From Antedon mediterranea (lineage: Eukaryota; Animalia; Echinodermata), in contig NC_092675.1 of NCBI RefSeq assembly GCF_964355755.1, positions 24,338,912 through 24,402,911 of the forward strand: a stretch of DNA of 64,000 nt. The letters run 5' to 3'. The position numbers were made by a program, and so were the translations under genes. Positions 58,201 through 64,000 of this stretch are shown here, in pieces. The notes beneath the pieces were generated by a model. That model saw only the letters and a list, made by a program, of their open reading frames with translations. It was not told the DNA's origin and did not search any database. Positions within the stretch are counted from its first letter, which is position 1; every line of letters starts with the position of its first letter.

Positions 58201-61200
58201 CAGCAACACATACAGTACCGTTAACATTAGTGGTATGCATTTCAATTATTCCTGATGACTTCTCCAACACGCTAAAACAAAACAGGTAAACAAACAATAG
58301 TAAATGTAATAGAAAATAATATCATCAATGAAAATACGGCATCAATACTTAATTTCTATCAATAATGGAAGAATAACTTTGATTTGTTACCGAAACATAT
58401 TATTTAAAACTTACGTTATGTTTGTAAAAATAACTGGTTCAAGACACTGGTCGTCAGCACAAGTTTGAATATGAACACAACCCATTACATACGGTGTAGT
58501 AAATATTTCTGGTAATTGTGTTGTTTGTTCCCGACATTGCAGAATAAGAGCAACTTCGCTACAAGTTCCTAAAACACAATCACTGGTGGTCTCCGGAGTT
58601 ACTGTTGCATTGGCAATTGATCCATCTTCACATAACGCAGAAACAGTAATTGATTCACCGACCGTAGCAGCAACACATACAGTACCGTTAACATTAGTGG
58701 TATGCATTTCAATTATTCCTGATGACTTCTCCAACACGCTAAAACAAAACAGGTAAACAAACAATAGTAAATTTAACAGAAAACAATATCATCAATGAAC
58801 ATACAGCCTCAATACTTCATTTCCATAAAATATGGAAGAATAACTTTGGTTTGTAACCGAAACATATTATTAAAAACTTACGTTATGTTTGAAAAAATAA
58901 CTGGTTCAAGACACTGGTCGTCAGCACAAGTTTGAATATGAACACAACCCATTGCATACGGTGTAGTAAATGATTCTGGTAATTGTGTTGTTTGTTCCCG
59001 ACATTGGAGAATAAGAGCAACTTCGCTACAAATTCCTACAACACAATCACCGGTGGTTTCCGGAGTGACTGTTGCATTGGCAATTGATCCGTCTTCACAT
59101 AACGCAGAAACAGTAATTGATTCACCGACCGTAGCAGCAACACATACAGTACCGTTAACATTAGTGGTATGCATTTCAATTATTCCTGATGACTTCTCCA
59201 ACACGCTAAAACAAAACAGGTAAACAAACAATAGTAAATGTAATAGAAAATAATATCATCAATGAAAATACGGCATCAATACTTAATTTCTATCAATAAT
59301 GGAAGAATAACTTTGATTTGTTACCGAAACATATTATTTAAAACTTACGTTATGTTTGTAAAAATAACTGGTTCAAGACACTGGTCGTCAGCACAAGTTT
59401 GAATATGAACACAACCCATTACATACGGTGTAGTAAATATTTCTGGTAATTGTGTTGTTTGTTCCCGACATTGGAGAATAAGAGCAACTTCGCTACAAGT
59501 TCCTAAAACACAATCACTGGTGGTCTCCGGAGTTACTGTTGCATTGGCAATTGATCCATCTTCACATAACGCAGAAACAGTAATTGATTCACCGACCGTA
59601 GCAGCAACACATACAGTACCGTTAACATTAGTGGTATGCATTTCAATTATTCTTGATGACTTCTCCAACACGCTAAAACAAAACAGGTAAACAAACAATA
59701 GTAAATTTAACAGAAAATAATATCATCAATGAACATACAGCCTCAATACTTCATTTCCATAAAATATGGAAGAATAACTTTGGTTTGTAACCGAAACATA
59801 TTATTAAAAACTTACGTTATGTTTGAAAAAATAACTGGTTCAAGACACTGGTCGTCAGCACAAGTTTGAATATGAACACAACCCATTGCATACGGTGTAG
59901 TAAATATTACTGGTAATTGTGTTGTTTGTTCCCGACATTGGAGAATAAGAGCAACTTCGCTACAAGTTCCTACTTCACAATCACCGGTGGTTTCCGGAGT
60001 GACTGTTGCATTGGCAATTGATCCGTCTTCACATAACGCAGAAACAGTAATTGATTCACCGACCGTAGCAGCAACACATACAGTACCGTTAACATTAGTG
60101 GTATGCATTTCAATTATTCCTGATGACTCCAACACGCTAAAACAAAACAGGTAAACAAACAATAGTAAATTTAACAGAAAATAATATGATCAATGAACAT
60201 ACAGCCTCAATACTTAATTTCCATAAAATATGGGAGAATAACTTTGATTTGTAACCAAACATAGTATTTAAAACTTACGTTATGTTTGTAAAAATAACTG
60301 GTTCAAGACATTGGTCATCACCACAAGTTTGAATATGAACACATCCCATTGCATACGGTGTAGTAAATGATTCTGGTAATTGTGTTGTTTGTTCCCGACA
60401 TTGGAGAATAAGAGCAACTTCGCTACAAGTTCCTACAACACAATCACCGATGGTTTCCGGAATGACTGTTGCATTAGCAATTGAGCCATCCTCACATAAC
60501 GCAGAAATAATAATTGATTCACCGACCGTAGCAGCAACACATACAGTACCGTTAACATTAGTGGTATGCATTTCAATTATTCCTGATGACTTCTCCAACA
60601 CGCTAACACAAAACAGGTAAACAAACAATAGTAAATGTAATAGAAAATAATATCATCAATGAAAATACGGCATCAATACTTAATTTCTATCAATAATGGA
60701 AGAATAACTTTGATTTGTTACCGAAACATATTATTTAAAACTTACGTTATGTTTGTAAAAATAACTGGTTCAAGACACTGGTCGTCAGCACAAGTTTGAA
60801 TATGAACACAACCCATTACATACGGTGTAGTAAATATTTCTGGTAATTGTGTTGTTTGTTCCCGACATTGGAGAATAAGAGCAACTTCGCTACAAGGTCC
60901 TAAAACACAATCACTGGTGGTCTCCGGAGTTACTGTTGCATTGGCAATTGATACATCTTCACATAACGCAGAAACAGTAATTGATTCACCGACCGTAGCA
61001 GCAACACATACAGTACCGTTAACATTAGTGGTATGCATTTCAATTATTCCTGATGACTTCTCCAACACGCTAAAACAAAACAGGTAAACAAACAATAGTA
61101 AATTTAACAGAAAATAATATCATCAATGAACATACAGCCTCAATACTTAATTTCCATAAAATATGGGAGAATAACTTTGGTTTGTAACCGAAACATATTA

Positions 61201-63865
61201 TTTAAAACTTACGTTATGTTTGTAAAAATAACTGGTTCAAGACACTGGTCGTCAGCACAAGTTTGAATATGAACACAACCCATTGCATACGGTGTAGTAA
61301 ATATTTCTGGTAATTGTGTTGTTTGTTCCCGACATTGGAGAATAAGAGCAACTTTGCTACAAGTTCCTACTTGACAATCACCGGTGGTTTCCGGAGTGAC
61401 TGTTGCATTGGCAATTGATCCATCTTCACATAACGCAGAAACAGTAATTGATTCACCGATCGTAGCAGCAACACATACAGTACCGTTAACATTAGTGGTA
61501 TGCATTTCAATTATTCCTGATGACTTCTCCAACACGCTAAAACAAAACAGGTAAACAAACAATAGTAAATTTAACAGAAAATAATATCATCAATGAACAT
61601 ACAGCCTCAATACTTAATTTCCATAAAATATGGGAGAATAACTCTGATTTGTAACCAAACATATTATTTAAAACTTACGTTATGTTTGTAAAAATAACTG
61701 GTTCAAGACATTGGTCATCACCACAAGTTTGAATATGAACACAACCCATTGCAAACGGTGTAGTAAATGTTTCTGGTAATTGTGTTGTTTGTTCCCGACA
61801 TTGGAGAATAAGAGCAACTTCGCTACAAGTTCCTACTTGACAATCACCGGTGGTTTCCGGAGTGACTGTTGCATTGGCAATTGATCCATCTTCACATAAC
61901 GCAGAAACAGTAATTGATTCACCGACCGTAGCAGCAACACATACAGTACCGTTAACATTAGTGGTATGCATTTCAATTATTCCTGATGACTTCTCCAACA
62001 CGCTAAAACAAAACAGGTAAACAAACAATAGTAAATGTAATAGAAAATAATATCATCAATGAAAATACGGCATCAATACTTAATTTCTATCAATAATGGA
62101 AGAATAACTTTGATTTGTTACCGAAACATATTATTTAAAACTTACGTTATGTTTGTAAAAATAACTTTTTCAAGACACTGGTCGTCAGCACAAGTTTGAA
62201 TATGAACACAACCCATTACATACGGTGTAGTAAATATTTCTGGTAATTGTGTTGTTTGTTCCCGACATTGGAGAATAAGAGCAACTTCGCTACAAGTTCC
62301 TAAAACACAATCACTGGTGGTCTCCGGAGTTACTGTTGCATTGGCAATTGATCCATCTTCACATAACGCAGAAACAGTAATTGATTCACCGACCGTAGCA
62401 GCAACACATACAGTACCGTTAACATTAGTGGTATGCATTTCAATTATTCCTGATGACTTCTCCAACACGCTAAAACAAAACAGGTAAACAAACAATAGTA
62501 AATTTAACAGAAAATAATATCATCAATGAACATACAGCCTCAATACTTCATTTCCATAAAATATGGAAGAATAACTTTGGTTTGTAACCGAAACATATTA
62601 TTAAAAACTTACGTTATGTTTGAAAAAATAACTGGTTCAAGACACTGGTCGTCAGCACAAGTTTGAATATGAACACAACCCATTGCATACGGTGTAGTAA
62701 ATATTTCTGGTAATTGTGTTGTTTGTTCCCGACATTGGAGAATAAGAGCAACTTCGCTACAAGTTCCTACTTGACAATCACCGGTGGTTTCCGGAGTGAC
62801 TGTTGCATTGGCAATTGATCCGTCTTCACATAACACAGAAACAGTAATTGATTCACCGACCGTAGCAGCAACACATACAGTACCGTTAACATTAGTGGTA
62901 TGCATTTCAATTATTCCTGATGACTCCAACACGCTAAAACAAAACAGGTAAACAAACAATAGTAAATTTAACAGAAAATAATATCATTAATGAACATACA
63001 GCCTCAATACTTAATTTCCATAAAATATGGGAGAATAACTTTGATTTGTAACCGAACATATTATTTAAAACTTACGTTATGTTTGTAAAAATAACTGGTT
63101 CAAGACATTGGTCATCACCACAAGTTTGAATATGAACACATCCCATTGCATACGGTGTAGTAAATGTTTCTGGTAATTGTGTTGTTTGTTCCCGACATTG
63201 GAGAATAAGAGCAACTTCGCTACAAGTTCCTACTTGACAATCACCGGTGGTTTCCGGAGTGACTGTTGCATTGGCAAATGATCCATCTTCACATAACGCA
63301 GAAACAGTAATTGATTCACCGACCGTAGCAGCAACACATACAGTACCGTTAACATTAGTGGTATGCATTTCAATTATTCCTGATGACTTCTCCAACACGC
63401 TAAAACAAAACCGGTAAACAAACAATAGTAAATTTAACAGAAAATAATATGATCAATGAACATACAGCCTCAATACTTAATTTCCATAAAATATGGGAGA
63501 ATAACTTTGATTTTTAACCAAACATAGTATTTAAAACTTACGTTATGTTTGTAAAAATAACTGGTTCAAGACATTGGTCATCACCACAAGTTTGAATATG
63601 AACACATCCCATTGCATACGGTGTAGTAAATGATTCTGGTAATTGTGTTGTTTGTTCCCGACATTGGAGAATAAGAGCAACTTCGCTACAAGTTCCTACA
63701 ACACAATCACCGATGGTTTCCGGAATGACTGTTGCATTAGCAATTGAGCCATCCTCACATAACGCAGAAATAGTAATTGATTCACCGACCGTAGCAGCAA
63801 CACATACAGTACCGTTAACATTAGTGGTATGCATTTCAATTATTCCTGATGACTTCTCCAACACG
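10689..63865 (-). CDS. Giant type I membrane mucin-like protein (MUC4-like NIDO-AMOP-VWD core with EGF/SEA/HYR and an N-terminal 108-aa repeat array); 5'-partial, 87 exons in the window
   Basis: The hand-traced GT-AG exon chain has consistent intron phases from 63865 to the TAG at 10691-10689. Summed length is about 24.2 kb (about 8,070 codons). Individual exons are listed in the features below. Confidence 0.85.
11732..12018 (-). CDS. Transmembrane + juxtamembrane exon
   Basis: ttgcag|[30 protein letters not shown] followed by KRR (stop-transfer). The donor is either after PY (11732) or after TV (11747); both are phase 0. Confidence 0.85.
13089..13290. repeat. (TA)n microsatellite cluster in intron
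   Basis: Several long pure TA runs are directly visible. Confidence 0.97.
13366..13482 (-). CDS. Membrane-proximal EGF-like exon
   Basis: [39 protein letters not shown]; 6 Cys, 117 nt, phase 1-1. Confidence 0.9.
14189..15107 (-). CDS. SEA domain (exons 14980-15107 and 14189-14402)
   Basis: SFSVSITIT...[17 protein letters not shown]... followed by [16 protein letters not shown], matching the SEA F-x-x-G/S-I/V-I/V motif. Phases 1-0-1. Confidence 0.8.
15511..18999 (-). CDS. Single 3,489-nt mucin exon: Thr/Gln/Glu-rich 22-aa tandem repeats
   Basis: It lies within ORF 15452-18991. Acceptor tttttag at 19000-19001, donor gtaatt at 15510; phase 1-1; 1,163 codons. Confidence 0.92.
15720..18840. repeat. 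Coding minisatellite, 66-bp unit ([22 protein letters not shown]), roughly 47 copies, including four 54-bp variants near 17940-18140
   Basis: The periodicity is directly visible in both DNA and translation. Copy number is estimated from span divided by unit length. Confidence 0.95.
19375..19846 (-). CDS. Divergent SEA-like module (exons 19734-19846 and 19375-19615)
   Basis: About 118 aa, Cys-free, with an alpha/beta-like pattern. It has the same two-exon 1-0-1 phase layout as the SEA at 14189-15107, but no GS[IV][IV] motif. Confidence 0.55.
20348..28559 (-). CDS. Tandem of 18 EGF domains (mostly calcium-binding, D[IV][DN]EC) on 16 phase 1-1 exons
   Basis: Exons: 28419-28559, 27893-28015, 27572-27694, 27125-27364 (2 EGF), 25894-26016, 25674-25793, 25267-25389, 24653-24781 (non-Ca), 24211-24333, 23783-23902, 22983-23138, 22464-22580, 21850-22095 (2 EGF), 21376-21516, 20917-21039, 20348-20473. 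All lengths are multiples of 3 with GT-AG ends. Confidence 0.93.
25010..25030. repeat. (CA)n microsatellite
   Basis: Visible CA run. Confidence 0.9.
26340..26400 (-). repeat. Degenerate tRNA-derived (SINE-like) head in intron
   Basis: The minus strand has A-box-like TAGTTCAGTCG and B-box-like GGTTAGAATCC. No full cloverleaf is present. Confidence 0.4.
28893..30773 (-). CDS. Cadherin/Ig-like module plus two EGF-like domains (exons 30588-30773, 29399-29583, 28893-29073)
   Basis: DNFPPNIT...[14 protein letters not shown]...GVFTWTP...TLVAMDDQG, then CNCENGGVC...[12 protein letters not shown] and [14 protein letters not shown]. Phases 1-1-0-1. Confidence 0.82.
32283..34641 (-). CDS. von Willebrand factor type D domain and following region (exons 34454-34641, 33786-33873, 33257-33442, 32971-33084, 32283-32543)
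   Basis: [50 protein letters not shown] and [10 protein letters not shown] are MUC4/SUSD2-type VWD motifs. Confidence 0.92.
34126..34342. mobile_element. PIF/Harbinger-type (Tourist-like) MITE in a VWD intron
   Basis: Imperfect TIRs of about 36 bp (AGCTTGGTTCCCACT... / ...AGTGGGAACCACGCT), flanked on both sides by TTA. Confidence 0.75.
35194..36645 (-). CDS. End of NIDO plus AMOP domain (exons 36171-36645, 35642-35818, 35194-35313)
   Basis: [21 protein letters not shown]...[13 protein letters not shown] is the NIDO end. CMDW...CPC...[12 protein letters not shown]...PRYVCC...[19 protein letters not shown] is AMOP. Confidence 0.9.
37171..38287 (-). CDS. NIDO domain, N-terminal exons (38133-38287, 37692-37856, 37171-37362)
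   Basis: [36 protein letters not shown] and WMLVVTW are nidogen G1-like motifs. Confidence 0.9.
38570..39092 (+). mobile_element. 5'-truncated LINE 3' end in intron, antisense to the gene
   Basis: LPP...RSLR...[14 protein letters not shown] is a typical CR1/L2 ORF2 C-terminus. An AT-rich 3' UTR and an AATAAA/(AAAT)n tail follow at about 39060-39092. Confidence 0.7.
39148..39634 (-). CDS. Two calcium-binding EGF exons (39512-39634, 39148-39270)
   Basis: [29 protein letters not shown]... and [29 protein letters not shown]...; 123 nt each, phase 1-1. Confidence 0.92.
40049..40222 (-). CDS. Sushi/CCP domain exon
   Basis: CPQL...[18 protein letters not shown]...[15 protein letters not shown]; 4 Cys, 174 nt, phase 1-1. 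Confidence 0.85.
41016..41132 (-). CDS. LDL-receptor class A repeat exon
   Basis: [36 protein letters not shown]; 6 Cys plus the acidic DC.D..DE motif. Confidence 0.9.
41651..43172 (-). CDS. Two HYR (hyalin repeat) exons (42942-43172, 41651-41902)
   Basis: IECPADVT...[28 protein letters not shown] and [13 protein letters not shown]...WNDAIATDN...[19 protein letters not shown]. Phase 1-1. Confidence 0.88.
43434..43669 (-). CDS. Diverged terminal copy of the array repeat (phase 2 to phase 1 adaptor exon)
   Basis: [34 protein letters not shown]...GSC....C...ECISSST aligns with the array exon and keeps its first five Cys. Its 236 nt link the phase-2 array to the phase-1 HYR exon. Confidence 0.85.
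44943..63865 (-). CDS. Array of 41 near-identical 324-nt coding exons (108-aa, 8-Cys repeat) separated by introns of about 142 nt
   Basis: Each unit reads ttttag|C GTG TTG GAG...AAC ATA AC|gtaagt (phase 2-2). The first exon is 44943-45266 and the last complete exon is 63542-63865. No stop or frameshift occurs in any copy. Confidence 0.9.
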
Positions 63866-64000
63866 CTAAAACAAAACAGGTAAACAAACAATAGTAAATG
63901 TAATAGAAAATAATATCATCAATGAAAATACGGCATCAATACTTAATTTCTATCAATAATGGAAGAATAACTTTGATTTGTTACCGAAACATATTATTTA
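44971..64000. repeat. Tandem repeat, unit about 466-467 bp (exon+intron), 41 copies, running off the window edge
   Basis: ORF spacing is 466/467 bp, with exceptions of 444, 451 (x2) and 463-464 (x3). Confidence 0.98.

Noticed and set aside
44939-63891. 41 separate 117-aa small genes starting MFVYLFCFS (apparent signal peptide)
   Set aside because: The 'start' is TTG within the polypyrimidine tract, FS spans the AG acceptor and the stop is the GTAA donor. These are internal exons.
44971-64000. CRISPR-like array or non-coding satellite
   Set aside because: There are no unique spacers and no cas genes, the context is eukaryotic, and the units keep reading frame and splice sites.

Overview
AT-rich animal genomic DNA. 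A marine invertebrate deuterostome such as an echinoderm is inferred from the HYR/NIDO-AMOP-VWD content and the frequent TAGGCCTA. One giant minus-strand, multi-exon gene fills 10689 to beyond 64000, and its 5' end lies outside the window. I traced 87 GT-AG exons by hand, with compatible phases, giving about 8,070 codons if all are joined. N- to C-terminal order: at least 41 near-identical 324-nt exons, each adding one 108-aa, 8-Cys repeat I cannot assign to a named family; one diverged copy; 2 HYR; LDLa; Sushi; 2 cbEGF; NIDO; AMOP; VWD (GDPH); a cadherin/Ig-like module; about 20 EGF; SEA-like; a 1,163-codon acidic Thr/Gln/Glu mucin exon; SEA (GSII); EGF; TM; short tail. The main finding is the exon+intron tandem array (unit about 466 bp). 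It has symmetric phase-2 exons, no broken copy, higher-order duplications and mosaic variants. Positions 1-10 kb hold decayed repeats: a near-full-length LINE nested inside another LINE, and Helentron/HINE-like elements. All domain calls come from recognising motifs by eye, not from database searches.
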